A DNA stretch of 64,000 nucleotides from Gemmatimonadota bacterium (GCA_035708865.1 DASTFF010000001.1:4333-68332); one strand, 5' to 3'. Positions 29,409 through 41,289 are shown, numbered from the stretch's first letter. Program-made: numbers and translations. Notes: generated by a model not told the origin, from the letters alone.

Positions 29409-31934
29409 TCAGTTGGTCGCGTCGGCAGTCTCCTCGGGGGCCGGCTCAGGCTCGGGCTCGGGGGTGGCCGGCGCTCTCCCGCCCGCTGGAGGCTCGGAGA
29501 GCGCGGCCCTGAGGACGTCCCCGATCGTCTCGGCGAACACGAACTCGAGCCCCTCTACGAGCTCGGGCTCGACCTCGGCGACGTGCTCCCGGTTTCGCGC
29601 CGGCAGGATGACGGTCCGGATCTCCGACCGCCGGGCCGCCACCAGCTTCTCCTTGATCCCGCCCACCGGCAGGACCTGACCGGTGAGCGTGATCTCTCCG
29701 GTCATCGCCACCTCGGGACGGATGGGGCGTCCGGTCAGCGCGCTCGCCAGCGCGGCCGCCATGGTGACGCCGGCCGAGGGGCCGTCCTTGGGCGTTGCGC
29801 CGGCCGGCACGTGGAGGTGGATGTCGAACTTGTCGAAAAAGTCGGCCGGGATGCCGAGCTCGGTCGCGTGGCTGCGGATGTAGCCCAGCGCGGCGCGCGC
29901 GGACTCCTGCATGACCGCACCCAGCTGGCCGGTCAGCACGAACCCCTTGCTGCCGGGCATCGTGGTCGCCTCCACGAACAGGATCTCACCCCCGGCGGGC
30001 GTCCAGGCGAGCGCGGTCGCCACTCCCGGCTGAGCCGTGCGCCGGGCGACCTCGTGGTAGGCCTTCTGCGCCCCCAGGTACTCCGGCACGTCGTCGTGAT
30101 CGACGACGAACGGCCCCTCCTCCCCGCTGGCCACCTTGGCCGCCACCTTGCGCGCGATCTTGGCGATCTCCCGCTCCAGGTTCCGGACCCCCGCCTCCCG
30201 CGTGTAACCGTTGATGATGCGCTCGATGGCGGCGTCTGTGATATCGAGCGTCCCGGGCTCCAGCCCGTTCTCGCTGAGCTGCTTCGGGATCAGGTGGTCA
30301 CGCGCGATGTGGAGCTTCTCCGGGTCCGTGTAGCCGGGCAGCCGGATCGTCTCCATTCGGTCGAGTAGCGCCGGCTGGATCGTCTCCAGCACGTTCGCGG
30401 TGGCAATGAACAGAACGCTCGAGAGGTCCAGCGGCAGATCCAGATAGTGGTCGCGGAAGCTGTCGTTCTGCTCCGGGTCTAGCACCTCGAGCAGCGCGCT
30501 CGACGGGTCCCCCCGGAAGTCGGCGCCGACCTTGTCGATCTCGTCGAGCATGAAGACCGGGTTGTTGACCCCGACCCTCTTCAGCGACTGGACGATCCTT
30601 CCGGGCATGGCGCCGATGTAGGTCCTGCGGTGGCCGCGAATCTCCGCCTCGTCGCGCAGGCCTCCCAGCGACATGCGCACGAACTCGCGTCCGAGCGCCC
30701 GCGCGATCGACTTCCCCAGCGATGTCTTCCCGACCCCGGGCGGTCCCACGAAGCACAGGATCGGTCCCTTCAAGTCTTGCTTTAGCTTGAGTACCGCAAA
30801 ATATTCCAGGATACGGTCTTTGATCTCCTTGAGATCGTAATGATCCGTGTCCAGGACCGTCCGCGCGTGGCCAAGATCCAGGCGATCCTCCGTGGATCGG
30901 GTCCAGGGCACCGTGCAGAGCCAGTCCACGTAATTGACGATCACCGAGTACTCGGGGCTGGCGGGCGGCACGCTGGTCAGCCGCTCCAGCTGCTCCTCGG
31001 CCGCTTCCATCACGTAGTCGGGGACCTCGGACTCGACCAGGCATTTTCTCAGCCGCTCCGCCTCCGCGCCCTCGTCGGGTCCCTCGCCAAGCTCCTCCTG
31101 GATCGCCTTGAGCTGCTCGCGCAGGTAGTACTCGCGTTGCTTCTTCTGGATCTCCTCGTCGACCTGGCTGCGGATCTCCCCGCCGATCCGGATCACGTTC
31201 AGCTCGCGCCGGAGCCCTTCGACCACCAGCTCCAGACGCTCCTCGGGGTCGCCGCTCGCCAGGACGCGCTGCCGCTTCTCGTCGTCGAGGTGGATCATCG
31301 ACGCGACCATATACACGAACTGGTTCGCCTGATCGAGCCGGCGTACCGCGGTCTGGAGCTCGTCGGGAAGAAAGCTCGACTCGCGGATCACCTGGCTGGC
31401 CAGCTCCTGTCCCTCGCGGAGCAGCGCCTCCCCACGCTCGGTGAGCTGGTCGGTGGGCTCGGAAAGGACGAGGATGCGGGCTTCGATATGCGATTCGGTG
31501 GAGGTCACCGATACCAGGCTGCAACGGGCGATCCCCTGCAACAGGATCCGCACCGCCTGGGGAGACCTCACCATGCGGTGGATGATCGCCACCGTCCCGA
31601 TGTCGTGGAGGTCCTCGCGGGCGGGAACACGCCCCTCCTCGACGGCGTCGCGGAGCGCCACCACCGCCACCATCCTCTGCCCGCGCATGGCGGCGTCGAC
31701 GGCCGAGATCAGCGCCGGCTCGGCGACCGCCAGAGGAATCACCGTGTACGGGTAGAGGGCGCCGTCCCGCAGCGTGAGGACCGGCAGCCGGTCGGGAATC
31801 GAGGACAGGTCGACGGTGATCTCGCCCGGGCCCGGCGACTCGACGGTCCCCGAGGCATCCGGCGAAGCTTCTTCCGGGCTCGTCCCGGCGCCGGCCTGTT
31901 CGTTCTCGTTCGCCTTTCGCTCTTCGTCAGCCAC
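29409..31934 (-). CDS. lon: Lon protease (endopeptidase La)
   Basis: GPPGVGKTS, RGHRRTYIGAMPG, LDEIDK, PKDGPSAG, GGIKEK; GAGAGGA RBS before GTG. Confidence 0.98.
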   Translation of the reverse strand: MADEERKANENEQAGAGTSPEEASPDASGTVESPGPGEITVDLSSIPDRLPVLTLRDGALYPYTVIPLAVAEPALISAVDAAMRGQRMVAVVALRDAVEEGRVPAREDLHDIGTVAIIHRMVRSPQAVRILLQGIARCSLVSVTSTESHIEARILVLSEPTDQLTERGEALLREGQELASQVIRESSFLPDELQTAVRRLDQANQFVYMVASMIHLDDEKRQRVLASGDPEERLELVVEGLRRELNVIRIGGEIRSQVDEEIQKKQREYYLREQLKAIQEELGEGPDEGAEAERLRKCLVESEVPDYVMEAAEEQLERLTSVPPASPEYSVIVNYVDWLCTVPWTRSTEDRLDLGHARTVLDTDHYDLKEIKDRILEYFAVLKLKQDLKGPILCFVGPPGVGKTSLGKSIARALGREFVRMSLGGLRDEAEIRGHRRTYIGAMPGRIVQSLKRVGVNNPVFMLDEIDKVGADFRGDPSSALLEVLDPEQNDSFRDHYLDLPLDLSSVLFIATANVLETIQPALLDRMETIRLPGYTDPEKLHIARDHLIPKQLSENGLEPGTLDITDAAIERIINGYTREAGVRNLEREIAKIARKVAAKVASGEEGPFVVDHDDVPEYLGAQKAYHEVARRTAQPGVATALAWTPAGGEILFVEATTMPGSKGFVLTGQLGAVMQESARAALGYIRSHATELGIPADFFDKFDIHLHVPAGATPKDGPSAGVTMAAALASALTGRPIRPEVAMTGEITLTGQVLPVGGIKEKLVAARRSEIRTVILPARNREHVAEVEPELVEGLEFVFAETIGDVLRAALSEPPAGGRAPATPEPEPEPAPEETADATN

Positions 31935-32586
31935 CTTGTTCCTCTCTGCCTGGCCTCGCGGCGGGCTCCGACGCGTCAGAGTCTGCCACCTGTCCACCAT
32001 GACCGCCACCGGATACCCCACGCGCGGGCCTGTAGCTCCACGCCCGCCGGCCGTAGGAGATGTACGAGAGCACGAGCGCCACGACCGCGATCACGGTAAG
32101 CGGCAGATAGAGCGCTTCCGAGCGCAGGACGTAGGCCAGGATCAGGAGACCCAGGCAGAAGGTGGTGAGCTTGCCGCTCCAGTTGGCCCCGAAGACCACC
32201 CGGTCGCGGCGGAAGAAGAGGACCGCGCCCAGCACCAGCGCCAGGTCGCGCGCCAGGATCGCGGCCACCAGCCACCACGGGAAGCCCCGGGCGAGCGCCA
32301 GATAGATCACCAGGCCCCCGATCAGCACCTTGTCGGCGATCGGGTCGAACAGCTTGCCGGACGGAGAGATCGAGCCACGGCGGCGGGCGAGGAGACCGTC
32401 CAGCAGGTCGGTGGCCCCGGCGAAGAGCAGCACCAGGATCGCGATCCGGTCGCCGGTCGTCTCCGACCGCGAGAGCAGGAGCAGGACCGGGACGACGAGG
32501 AGGAGCCGGATCAGCGACAGCAGGTTGGGCAGGGTCGCCAGCCTGAGGTCGTGGACGCGCTCCGGGGACCGTGCGGAATCCGTCAC
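31927..32586 (-). CDS. pgsA: CDP-alcohol phosphatidyltransferase (PgsA-like)
   Basis: TLPNLLSLIR, TDLLDGLLARR, GKLFDPIADK. Confidence 0.85.
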   Translation of the reverse strand: MTDSARSPERVHDLRLATLPNLLSLIRLLLVVPVLLLLSRSETTGDRIAILVLLFAGATDLLDGLLARRRGSISPSGKLFDPIADKVLIGGLVIYLALARGFPWWLVAAILARDLALVLGAVLFFRRDRVVFGANWSGKLTTFCLGLLILAYVLRSEALYLPLTVIAVVALVLSYISYGRRAWSYRPARGVSGGGHGGQVADSDASEPAARPGREEQGG

Positions 32587-34235
32587 CGTATCCCTCCCAG
32601 CATCTCCTCGGCGTGATGGCGCGAGACGTCGCGGTCGGGATCTCCGCCCAGCAGCCGGCTGACCTCGCGCACGCGCTCCTCCCCGTCCACCGCCCGGACC
32701 TCGGTTACCGAGCGCCCGGCGCGGGTGGCCTTGGCGGCCACCAGATGGCGGTCGGCCCCGGCCGCGATGGCGGCCAGGTGGGTGACCACGATCACTTGGT
32801 GATGTCGCGCCACCTCGGCCAGCTGGCGGGCCACCAGATGCGCGGTCGCCCCGCCGATCCCGGCGTCCACCTCGTCGAAGACGAGCGTCGGCGTCCGGTC
32901 AGCCTCGGCCAACGCCGCCTCGAGCGCCAGAAGCGTCCGCGAGAGCTCGCCGCCGGACGCGATCTCGGCCAGCGGCCGAAGGGGCTCGCCTCGATTGGGG
33001 GCGATGAGAAAGACCACCCGTTCCAGGCCCCCGCGTGACCAAGCCAGGCGCTCGCCGTCGTACACGATCCCGGCCGGGTCCGGCGTGCGCTCCAGCCGCG
33101 CCTGGAACGCGCCGTCCCCCATCCCGAGGTCGGCCAGCCGGCTGCGGACCGCCGCCTCGAGACGGTCGGCGCCCGCCTCGCGGGCACCGGCCAGCGCCAC
33201 GGCCGCCGCCTCCAGCGCCGCGCGGGCGCTCTCGATCTCGCCGTCCAGCGAGCGGTCGCGGGCCCCCTCCCGCTCGAGCTCCGCGATCTCGGCGGCCATC
33301 GCCCCGGCGTGATCGAGGATCTCCTCGACCGTCCGGCCGTGCTTCTGCCGGAGCCGGAAGAGGAGGTCCCGCCGGGCCTCGATCACGGCCAGCCGCTCCG
33401 GATCCTGGTCGACCGAGCCGGCATAGCGCTCGGTCTCGCGCGTCAGATCGTCGATCTCGTAGCGGAGGTCGCTCGCCCGCCGCGCCACCTCCGACATCTC
33501 CGGGTCGAGCTCGGCCAGCCGCTCGAGCGCCCGGCCGAGCGCTCTCAGGACCTCGCCGACCGGCCGCTCGCCCCCCTCGAGGGCGGCGTGCGCCTCGGCC
33601 GCCAGGCGGGCCCGCTCGGCGCCGTGACCCAGGAGCCGGGCGGTGGCCGCCAGCGCCTCCTCCTCTCCCGGCTCGAGCCGGGCGGCCTCGATCTCCTCGA
33701 CCTGGGCGCGCAGGTACTCCAGGCGGCTCTCCCGCTCGCCGCGGCGCGCGGCGATCGCCGCCTGCTCGCGCCGCAGCGCCTCGAGGGCCCCGGCGGACGC
33801 GGCCACCTCCCCGGCCAACCCCGCGGCCCCGGCGAAGGCGTCCAGGATCTCGCGCTGCGCCCCCCGTTCGAGAAGCCGCTGGTCGTCGTGCTGACCGTGG
33901 ATCGCGACCCGTCCTCCGACCCGCTCGCGGAGCGATCGCGCGGTCGCCATCGCCCCGTCCAGGTAGCAGCGGTTGGTCCGGTCGCGCCAGACCTCGCGGC
34001 GCACCACCCACTCCTCGCCGTCGGCGTCGAGGAACAGTCCTTCCACGGCAGCGTGGCCGGCGCCCTCGCGGACCACCGACGCCGACGCCCGGCCGCCGAT
34101 CAGCAGCCCGATCGACTCGACGATCACCGACTTGCCGGCCCCGGTCTCGCCGGTCAGCACGTTGAGCCCGGGGCCGAAGTCGATCTCCAGGTCCTCGACG
34201 AGCGCCAGGTCGGCGATCCTGAGGCGGCTCAGCAC
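32583..34235 (-). CDS. recN: DNA repair protein RecN
   Basis: LTGETGAGKS, IHGQH, ASGGELSR, FDEVDAGIGG. Confidence 0.96.
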   Translation of the reverse strand: MLSRLRIADLALVEDLEIDFGPGLNVLTGETGAGKSVIVESIGLLIGGRASASVVREGAGHAAVEGLFLDADGEEWVVRREVWRDRTNRCYLDGAMATARSLRERVGGRVAIHGQHDDQRLLERGAQREILDAFAGAAGLAGEVAASAGALEALRREQAAIAARRGERESRLEYLRAQVEEIEAARLEPGEEEALAATARLLGHGAERARLAAEAHAALEGGERPVGEVLRALGRALERLAELDPEMSEVARRASDLRYEIDDLTRETERYAGSVDQDPERLAVIEARRDLLFRLRQKHGRTVEEILDHAGAMAAEIAELEREGARDRSLDGEIESARAALEAAAVALAGAREAGADRLEAAVRSRLADLGMGDGAFQARLERTPDPAGIVYDGERLAWSRGGLERVVFLIAPNRGEPLRPLAEIASGGELSRTLLALEAALAEADRTPTLVFDEVDAGIGGATAHLVARQLAEVARHHQVIVVTHLAAIAAGADRHLVAAKATRAGRSVTEVRAVDGEERVREVSRLLGGDPDRDVSRHHAEEMLGGIR

Positions 34236-34236
34236 G

Positions 34237-35103
34237 TCACGACCCCCAGTCCGCGCGACCGCCCCACATGAGCTTCTCGCGCAGTCGGTCGTAGTAGCCG
34301 CCGGTGTCGACGCCGGCCAGCGTCACCTCGTGGTCCCCGCGCGAGACCCGGACCACGTCGCCGACGGCGATCGGCTCGTCGACCTGGCCGTCCATCACCA
34401 GGTGGACGTCCTCGGTGGCCTTCTCGAGACGGACCTCGATGCGCCGCTCACCGGCCACCACGATCGGCCGCACGGCGAGCGTATGGGCGCAGATCGGCGT
34501 CACCACCAGGACGTCGGTGTCGGGCGAGACCAGCGGGCCGCCTGCCGACAGGTTGTAGCCGGTCGATCCGGTGGGGGTCGAAAGGATCAGGCCGTCGGCC
34601 AGGTAGGGTCCGAGCGCGCTGCCCGACACCTTGAGATCGAGCCGCAGGGTGCGCTGCCCGCCGCCCTTGTGGACCACCGCGTCGTTGAGGGCGTGGTGAC
34701 GTGCGCGGACCTTTCCGTCGCGTACGATCTCGGCGGCAAGCGTCGACCGCCGCGCCTGCGGGGCGCGCCCGTCGAGGGCGTCCTCCAGCCGCGGCCACAG
34801 CCCGTCCACGGAGGTCGAGGTGAGAAAGCCGAGCCCGCCGAGGTTGACGCCGAAGACCGGCACGGCTCGCCCGTTCAGCCGGCGGACGGCGGAGAGGAGC
34901 GTCCCGTCGCCGCCCAGCGTGACCACCAGCGAGGCGTCCGGGCGGTCCCAGTTCAGGACCGGCGCGTCCACCCCCAGCCGTTCGAGAGCGACGGCGTCCA
35001 CCACGGCTTCCCACCCACGGTGGGCCAGACCCTGGAGGACCTCCTTCAGCACCGGCCCGACGTTGGGCCGGTCGGGATTGGCTACGAGGGCCGCGCGAGG
35101 CAT
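34237..35103 (-). CDS. nadK: NAD kinase
   Basis: LGGDGTLL, GVNLGGLGFLT, ALND, DGLILSTPTGSTGYNLSAGGP. Confidence 0.95.
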   Translation of the reverse strand: MPRAALVANPDRPNVGPVLKEVLQGLAHRGWEAVVDAVALERLGVDAPVLNWDRPDASLVVTLGGDGTLLSAVRRLNGRAVPVFGVNLGGLGFLTSTSVDGLWPRLEDALDGRAPQARRSTLAAEIVRDGKVRARHHALNDAVVHKGGGQRTLRLDLKVSGSALGPYLADGLILSTPTGSTGYNLSAGGPLVSPDTDVLVVTPICAHTLAVRPIVVAGERRIEVRLEKATEDVHLVMDGQVDEPIAVGDVVRVSRGDHEVTLAGVDTGGYYDRLREKLMWGGRADWGS

Positions 35104-35167
35104 CCGCGCAGGGCTAGCGGCGGGACGGCGCGGCGCGCGGAAACGCGCGGATTCCCGCCATCGACCA

Positions 35168-37060
35168 CTACCGGCCGACCCGCTCCTCCGCGAGCGCCAG
35201 CGCCGACGCGCGGATCGAGGCGGGATCGAGGCCGCACTGCTCGAGCTGGATTTTGCGGGGGGCGTGGTCGATGATCCGGTCGGGCATGCCCAGCGAGCGC
35301 AGCTCCGGGCGCAGGCCACGCTCGGCGAGCAGTCGCGCCACGTTGGCTCCGAAGCCGCTCCAGACCGCGCTCTCCTCAACGGTCAGGATGCGGTCGAAGC
35401 GGGCACCGAGCTCGGCCAGCAGGTTCTCGTCCATCGGCTTCAGGTAGCGGCAGTTCACCACGTGCGCCTCTACGCCGTCGGCCTCCAGCGCTGCGGCCGC
35501 CTCGAGCGCCGGGCGGACCATCGTTCCCACGGCCAGCACGCAGAGGTCGCTGCCCTCCCGCAGCGTCTCCCAGCGCCCGATCGGCAGGAGCGCGAAATCG
35601 CGCCGATCGAGATCCACGCCTTCGGCGATCGACGCCCGCGGATAGCGGATCGCGAACGGGTGCTCGCGCTGGGACACGGCGGTGTAGAGCAGGTCCTGGA
35701 GCTCGTGCTCGTCCTTGGGCGCGGTCAGGATCATGTTCGGCACCACCGACAGGTATCCGACGTCGTAGGCGCCCATGTGGGTGGGTCCGTCCTCACCGAC
35801 CAGGCCCGCCCGGTCGAGCACGAACACGACCGGCAGGTCCTGGATGCAGACGTCGTGGACGATCTGGTCGTACGCGCGCTGCAGGAAAGTCGAGTAGATC
35901 GCGCAGACGGGGATCCATCCTTCGCGAGCCAGCCCGGCCGCGAAGGTGACCGCGTGCTGCTCGGCGATCCCGACGTCGAAGCCGCGCTCCGGAAACGCCT
36001 CGAGAAACGCCTGGACCCCGGCTCCGTCCGGCATGGCCGCGGTGATCGCGCAGACGCGCGGGTTCCTGCGTCCGACCTCGACGAGCGCGTTGGAGAAGAC
36101 CTTCGTCCACTTGGAGCGCGAGGGGGGACCCTCGACCTTGCCCGACTCCAGGTTGATCGCCCCGACGCCGTGGTACTTCCACTGATCGGCCTCGGCGAAC
36201 GGATAGCCCTTGCCCTTGACGGTCAGGATGTGCAGCAGTCGCGGGCCCCTGAGATCCTTGATCCGCTCCAGCGTGTCGAGGAGCTCGTCCAGGTCATGCC
36301 CGTCGATGGGGCCGAAGTAGCGGAAGCCGAGCTCCTCGAACAGGACACCGGGAGTCACCAGCCCCTTGACGCTCTCCTCCACCCGATGGGCGAAGCTTCG
36401 GACCTCGTCGGCGACGATCGGGATCTTTCCCGTCACCTGCCATATCTCGTCACGGATCCGGTTGTAGAGCGGGTTCGTCTGGATGCCGGTCAGGTAATTG
36501 TGCATGGCCCCCAGGTTGGGGGCGATCGACATCTTGTTGTCGTTGAGGATGACCAGCAGGTCGGTCTCGGTGGCACCCGCGTTGTTGAGCGCTTCGTAGG
36601 CGAGCCCGGCGGTCATGGCGCCGTCGCCGGTGACCGAGACGACCTCGAACGAGTCGCCCGCCAGGTCGCGCGCGGTGGCGATCCCCAGCGCGGCCGAGAT
36701 CGAGGTCGATGCGTGGCCCGCCCCGAAGATGTCGTGCTCGCTCTCCACGATCCGGCAGAACCCCGACGGCCCGTCGGCCTGACGCAGGCGCCCCATGGCC
36801 TCGTTGCGGCCGGTCAGGATCTTGTGGGGGTAGCACTGATGTCCGACGTCCCAGACGATCTTGTCCCGCGGGCTGTCGAAGACGTGGTGCAGGGCCACCG
36901 TGAGCTCCACGACCCCCAGGGGAGCGCCGAGGTGTCCGCCCCGGACCGACACCACGTCGAGCACCCGGTGCCGGACCTCGCCGGCGAGCTGGTGGAGCGC
37001 CTCGCGGGAGAGACCCTTGAGATCCTCGGGGCTGCGGATACGGTCGAGAATGCGACCCAT
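35168..37060 (-). CDS. dxs: 1-deoxy-D-xylulose-5-phosphate synthase
   Basis: [28 protein letters not shown]...[19 protein letters not shown]. Confidence 0.98.
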   Translation of the reverse strand: MGRILDRIRSPEDLKGLSREALHQLAGEVRHRVLDVVSVRGGHLGAPLGVVELTVALHHVFDSPRDKIVWDVGHQCYPHKILTGRNEAMGRLRQADGPSGFCRIVESEHDIFGAGHASTSISAALGIATARDLAGDSFEVVSVTGDGAMTAGLAYEALNNAGATETDLLVILNDNKMSIAPNLGAMHNYLTGIQTNPLYNRIRDEIWQVTGKIPIVADEVRSFAHRVEESVKGLVTPGVLFEELGFRYFGPIDGHDLDELLDTLERIKDLRGPRLLHILTVKGKGYPFAEADQWKYHGVGAINLESGKVEGPPSRSKWTKVFSNALVEVGRRNPRVCAITAAMPDGAGVQAFLEAFPERGFDVGIAEQHAVTFAAGLAREGWIPVCAIYSTFLQRAYDQIVHDVCIQDLPVVFVLDRAGLVGEDGPTHMGAYDVGYLSVVPNMILTAPKDEHELQDLLYTAVSQREHPFAIRYPRASIAEGVDLDRRDFALLPIGRWETLREGSDLCVLAVGTMVRPALEAAAALEADGVEAHVVNCRYLKPMDENLLAELGARFDRILTVEESAVWSGFGANVARLLAERGLRPELRSLGMPDRIIDHAPRKIQLEQCGLDPASIRASALALAEERVGR

Positions 37061-37072
37061 GGAGGGGCGAAA

Positions 37073-38698
37073 CTAACCGGGGCCTGGGTCGGGGCCAAGC
37101 GGACGCAACGACGCGGGCGGGGTCGCCGGGTCGGCCTCGCGGAGGAGCTCGAGAAAGGACTCGCCGTAGCGCTCGAGCTTGACCGGCCCGACGCCCGGGA
37201 CGGCCAGCAGGGCGTCCCGGTCGGCGGGGCGCTCGCGGGCCATGTCGCGGAGGGTGGCGTCACTGAAGACGACGTAGGCGGGGACGTCGCGCTGGTCGGC
37301 CAGCTCGCGGCGGAGGGCGCGCAGGCGCTGGAAGAGGTCCTCGTCGGCGTCGGTCCAGCCGGCCGCGTCGAGTGTCTCGCCCCCGCGATACGCGGGGATC
37401 GACGCGGGGCGCCGGCCGCGAGAGCCCGCCTGGATCCGCATCAACCTTTCGATATGGGCCTCTGCGGTGACGCCGAGACACACGTCGCAGGCGTCGCCGC
37501 ACGGCGGCATCTGCTCGCCGAAGTGAGAGACCACCGCCTGGTGGCGGCAGCTGTGGCGTTCGGCCATCCGGAAGAGCCCGGTCGTGGCCGCCCGCCTCGC
37601 CCGCCGCAGATCCGGATCCTCGATCGACTCGAGGAACCGCTCGTGCAGGATCACGTCGGCCCAGGAGTAGAACAGGACGCAGTCGCTCAGGAGCCCGTCG
37701 CGGCCGGCGCGACCGAACTCCTGATACCACGACTCGACGTCCTTGGGCATGTCGCGGTGGATCACGAACCGGACATCCGGCTTGTCGATCCCCATCCCGA
37801 ACGCGATCGTCGCCACGACCACCTCGGCATCGCCGCGGGCGAACGCCTCCTGGTGACGATGGCGGTCGCCGTCCTCCATCCCGGCGTGATAGGGAAGCGC
37901 CCGGATCCCCTTCCGGACCAGCCACGCGGCGGTGGAGTCGACCGCGCGCCGCGACTGGCAGTATACGATCCCGCTGACCTGGGGCGCCGCCCGGATCAGG
38001 CTCAGGATCTCGGTCCGCGTGTGGCCACCCGCGCCCTTCCTGCGGACCCACAGCCGCAGGTTCGGCCGGTAGAAGGACCCCTTGAAGCCGGCCGGTCTCC
38101 GGAGCCCGAGCTGGCGCAGGATGTCGCGCGCGACCTGGCGCGTGGCGGTCGCCGTGAGGGCCAGCACGGGCACGTCTCCCAGCTCATCCCTGAGCCCGGC
38201 CAGCCGCCGGTAGGAGGGCCTGAAGTCGTGACCCCACTGGCTGATGCAGTGGGCCTCGTCGACGACGAGGAGCGACACCGGCCAGCCACCGAGGAGACGC
38301 CGCAGCGAGCCCTCCAGCGCCTCGGGCGCCAGGTACACGAGCTCGTAGGCCCCGGCCGCGATCCCTTCCAACCGCCGCGACCGTTCGCCCGGGTCGAGCG
38401 TCGAGTTGATCGCGGTCGCGCGCAGGCCGAGCTCGGTCAGGGCGTCGACCTGGTCCTTCATGAGCGAGATGAGCGGCGAGACCACCAGGACCGTGCCCGG
38501 CAGGAGCTTCGCCGGGAGCTGAAAGGTCAGCGACTTGCCCGCTCCCGTCGGCATGACCGCGATGCAGTCCCGGCCGGCCAGCACCGCCTCCACGACCTCG
38601 CGCTGCCCGGGCCGGAATTGGTCGAAGCCGAACACCTCGCGCAGAACGCGGTAGCCGGCGCCGCTCCGGTCGGTCCCGGGCCCCCCTCGGCCGCTCAC
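37073..38698 (-). CDS. recQ: RecQ family DNA helicase (compact, with HRDC)
   Basis: [43 protein letters not shown]-terminal [16 protein letters not shown]. Confidence 0.93.
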   Translation of the reverse strand: MSGRGGPGTDRSGAGYRVLREVFGFDQFRPGQREVVEAVLAGRDCIAVMPTGAGKSLTFQLPAKLLPGTVLVVSPLISLMKDQVDALTELGLRATAINSTLDPGERSRRLEGIAAGAYELVYLAPEALEGSLRRLLGGWPVSLLVVDEAHCISQWGHDFRPSYRRLAGLRDELGDVPVLALTATATRQVARDILRQLGLRRPAGFKGSFYRPNLRLWVRRKGAGGHTRTEILSLIRAAPQVSGIVYCQSRRAVDSTAAWLVRKGIRALPYHAGMEDGDRHRHQEAFARGDAEVVVATIAFGMGIDKPDVRFVIHRDMPKDVESWYQEFGRAGRDGLLSDCVLFYSWADVILHERFLESIEDPDLRRARRAATTGLFRMAERHSCRHQAVVSHFGEQMPPCGDACDVCLGVTAEAHIERLMRIQAGSRGRRPASIPAYRGGETLDAAGWTDADEDLFQRLRALRRELADQRDVPAYVVFSDATLRDMARERPADRDALLAVPGVGPVKLERYGESFLELLREADPATPPASLRPLGPDPGPG

Positions 38699-39588
38699 TC
38701 CAGCCGCTCGAGGACGTAGTGGACGAAGGCCTCGAGCAAGGTGGGGTCATCCAGGCCGGCCAGGCTCGCACGCGCCTCACCGGCGACCCGCTCGGCGAGC
38801 CGGCGGGCGGCCTCGATCCCGTAGACGGCGGGATAGGTGGCCTTGGCGAGACGCCGGTCGGCGCCGACGGCCTTCCCCAGCCGGGCCGCGTCGCCGGTCT
38901 CGTCCAGCAGGTCATCGACGATCTGGAAGGCCAGCCCGAGGTAGGTCCCGTACGCGGCGAGCGCCTCGACGTGGTCCGGCTCCCCCCCGCCGGCGATCGC
39001 GCCGAGCGCGCAGGCGGTCGAGAAGAGAGCGGCGGTCTTGGAGCGGTGGATCGCCTCGAGCCCGGCGCCGTCCACCGGCTTCCCCTCCGCCTCGAGGTCC
39101 AGATACTGCCCTCCGACCATCCCGTCCACACCGGCGCCGATGGCGAGCCGGCGAAGCATGGCCGGCAGGCGCGGCTGCAGGTCCTCCGCGGCGGCCGCGC
39201 GGGCGAGGGTCAGGAAGGCCTGCTGCTGGAGGGCGGCGCCGGCGGCGGTCGCGACCGGAACCCCGTACACGCGATGCGCGGTCGGGAGGCCGCGCCGCAG
39301 AAGGTCGTCGTCCATGGCCGGCAGGTCGTCGTGGAGGAGCGAGTAGGTGTGGACGAGCTCGACCGCCGCCGCCATCGAGTGGAGAGCCGACAGCCCGTCC
39401 GGCGGATCCCCGCCCACCGCGCGGTGGCAGGCCAGCGTGAGGAGGGGGCGGATCCGCTTGCCCCCGGCGCGCACGCTGTAGGCGGCGGCCGCACCGACCG
39501 GCGGGGCGAGCCCCGACAGCGAGAGCTCGAGCGCGGCTTCGATCCGCGGCCGCTCGAGCTCGCCAAACGCCTGGAGCTCCGCGATCAC
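38695..39588 (-). CDS. ispA: Farnesyl/geranylgeranyl diphosphate synthase
   Basis: [36 protein letters not shown]. Confidence 0.93.
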   Translation of the reverse strand: MIAELQAFGELERPRIEAALELSLSGLAPPVGAAAAYSVRAGGKRIRPLLTLACHRAVGGDPPDGLSALHSMAAAVELVHTYSLLHDDLPAMDDDLLRRGLPTAHRVYGVPVATAAGAALQQQAFLTLARAAAAEDLQPRLPAMLRRLAIGAGVDGMVGGQYLDLEAEGKPVDGAGLEAIHRSKTAALFSTACALGAIAGGGEPDHVEALAAYGTYLGLAFQIVDDLLDETGDAARLGKAVGADRRLAKATYPAVYGIEAARRLAERVAGEARASLAGLDDPTLLEAFVHYVLERLE

Positions 39589-39619
39589 GCCGCGCGCGCC
39601 GACGGGCCCCGCCGCCGCC

Positions 39620-39913
39620 TCACTCGAGATCGAAGTCCTCGAGGCTGAACAGTCCCTCGGAACGCTCGACGATCCGCTTGATCCTTCCCTCCGAGACCTC
39701 GAGGCGTCTCCGCACCGCGACCGCCAGCTCGACGCCTTCCTCGAACAGGGCGATCGACTCGTCCAGCGAGACCGCCTCGCTCTCCAGCTTCTGGACGATG
39801 GCCTCGAGCCGGCGGAGCTGCTCCTCGACCGGCGTCGCGGCGGCGTCCGGAGCGGCCGGGACCCGGCTGCCCGGCTCGTCGCCTTCGGGCACGTCGATCG
39901 GAATCTGGGTCAT
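39620..39913 (-). CDS. xseB: Exodeoxyribonuclease VII small subunit
   Basis: LEAIVQKLESEAVSLDESIALFEEG; lies between xseA and ispA. Confidence 0.92.
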   Translation of the reverse strand: MTQIPIDVPEGDEPGSRVPAAPDAAATPVEEQLRRLEAIVQKLESEAVSLDESIALFEEGVELAVAVRRRLEVSEGRIKRIVERSEGLFSLEDFDLE

Positions 39914-41289
39914 CGCTCCTCCTCGTCTTCGATACGGGTGACCCGCGCCGCCACGCTCCCGCGTGCGAAGCGGATCGCGAGATCGTCGTCCTCCGCCAGC
40001 GCCCCGGCCCGCTGGACGACATGCCCCCTGACGTCGGTGACCACCGCATAGCCCCGCTCGAGGATCGAGTACGGGCTGGCGGCCCGAAGCCGCTCTTCGA
40101 GGTGGCGGGCGCGGACGTGGACGCGCTCGTGCCTTCGGGAGAGGCCGCGGCCGAGCTCGGGGGCCCGGCCGAGCGTGCGCTCGGCGCCGGCCAGCCGGCC
40201 CGCCACCGGCGCCGACAATCCGGCCGCCGCCTCCTCCATCCGGGCGCGCTCTGCCGCCATCCGCCGGCGGACCACCGGGCCCATGTCCCCGGCGGCTTCG
40301 GCCCATCGCTGGCGCGCCTCGTGGGCGCGATCCCGGACCCGCCGGAACCCGTAGCGGCGGATCGGGGCCAGCGCCTCCTCGAGCCGCCGCAGGCGCTGCC
40401 GCTCGACCGCCCGCGCCAGACGCCGGAACTGGTGGACCACCCCGCGCGCGATCTCCCGGGTCTCAGGGACCACGTGCTCCCCGGCGGCCGAAGGGGTCGG
40501 CGCGCGCAGGTCGGCGGCGTAATCGGCGAGCGTGGTGTCGGTCTCGTGGCCGACCGCGCTCACCACCGGCACCGGGGAGTCGGCGATCGCCCGGACGACG
40601 ATCTCCTCGTTGAAGGCCCACAGATCCTCGAGCGAGCCGCCGCCTCGGCCGACGATCACCACCTCGGCCACACGGTGGCGGGCGAACCAGCGCACCGCGC
40701 GCGCGATCTCGGGCGCCGCCTCGCGTCCCTGGACGGCCACCGGCTTGAGCAGGATGCGGGTCGCCGGCGCGCGGCGCAGGACCACCGACACCATGTCGCG
40801 CAGGGCAGCCCCCTCGGCCGAGGTGACCACGCCGATCGAGACGGGCCAGAACGGCAGGCTCCGCTTCCGCGCCGGGTCGAACAGCCCCTCTTCGCCGAGC
40901 CTCCGCTTGAGCGCCTCGAACTGCAGATACAGGGCCCCCAGACCGCGCGGAACCACCTGGGTCACCTCGAGCTGGAACTGGCCCCGCGCCCGATAGATGG
41001 TCGGCCGCGCGACCACGACCACGTGCATCCCCTCCTCGAGCGGAAAGGCGAGCCGCTCGTTGTCGAGCCGGAACATCACGCAGCGCACCTCGCTGGCGCG
41101 GTCCTTGAGCGTCCAGTACATGTGGCCCGACGGGCGGTGATGATGAAAGGACGACACCTCGCCCTCCACGCCGACCGTCCCGAACTCGGCCACCAGCGCG
41201 CTGGAGGCGCGGAAGACGAGCTCGCTCACCGACATCACCACCGGCGTCTCGGCAGGAGCCGGGTGTCCGAGGCCGGCCGCGCGGTTCAT
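39910..41289 (-). CDS. xseA: Exodeoxyribonuclease VII large subunit
   Basis: [42 protein letters not shown]. Confidence 0.96.
   Translation of the reverse strand: MNRAAGLGHPAPAETPVVMSVSELVFRASSALVAEFGTVGVEGEVSSFHHHRPSGHMYWTLKDRASEVRCVMFRLDNERLAFPLEEGMHVVVVARPTIYRARGQFQLEVTQVVPRGLGALYLQFEALKRRLGEEGLFDPARKRSLPFWPVSIGVVTSAEGAALRDMVSVVLRRAPATRILLKPVAVQGREAAPEIARAVRWFARHRVAEVVIVGRGGGSLEDLWAFNEEIVVRAIADSPVPVVSAVGHETDTTLADYAADLRAPTPSAAGEHVVPETREIARGVVHQFRRLARAVERQRLRRLEEALAPIRRYGFRRVRDRAHEARQRWAEAAGDMGPVVRRRMAAERARMEEAAAGLSAPVAGRLAGAERTLGRAPELGRGLSRRHERVHVRARHLEERLRAASPYSILERGYAVVTDVRGHVVQRAGALAEDDDLAIRFARGSVAARVTRIEDEEER

Noticed and set aside
34820-38719. 1299 aa plus-strand ORF and similar long ORFs (14030-16681, 17634-19859, 44558-46948, 59926-61938, 52179-54527)
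   Set aside because: Antisense or off-frame shadows of well-supported genes (dxs/recQ, HD protein, aspS, pheT, thrS, egtD-egtB). They are expected at this GC content and show no motifs.
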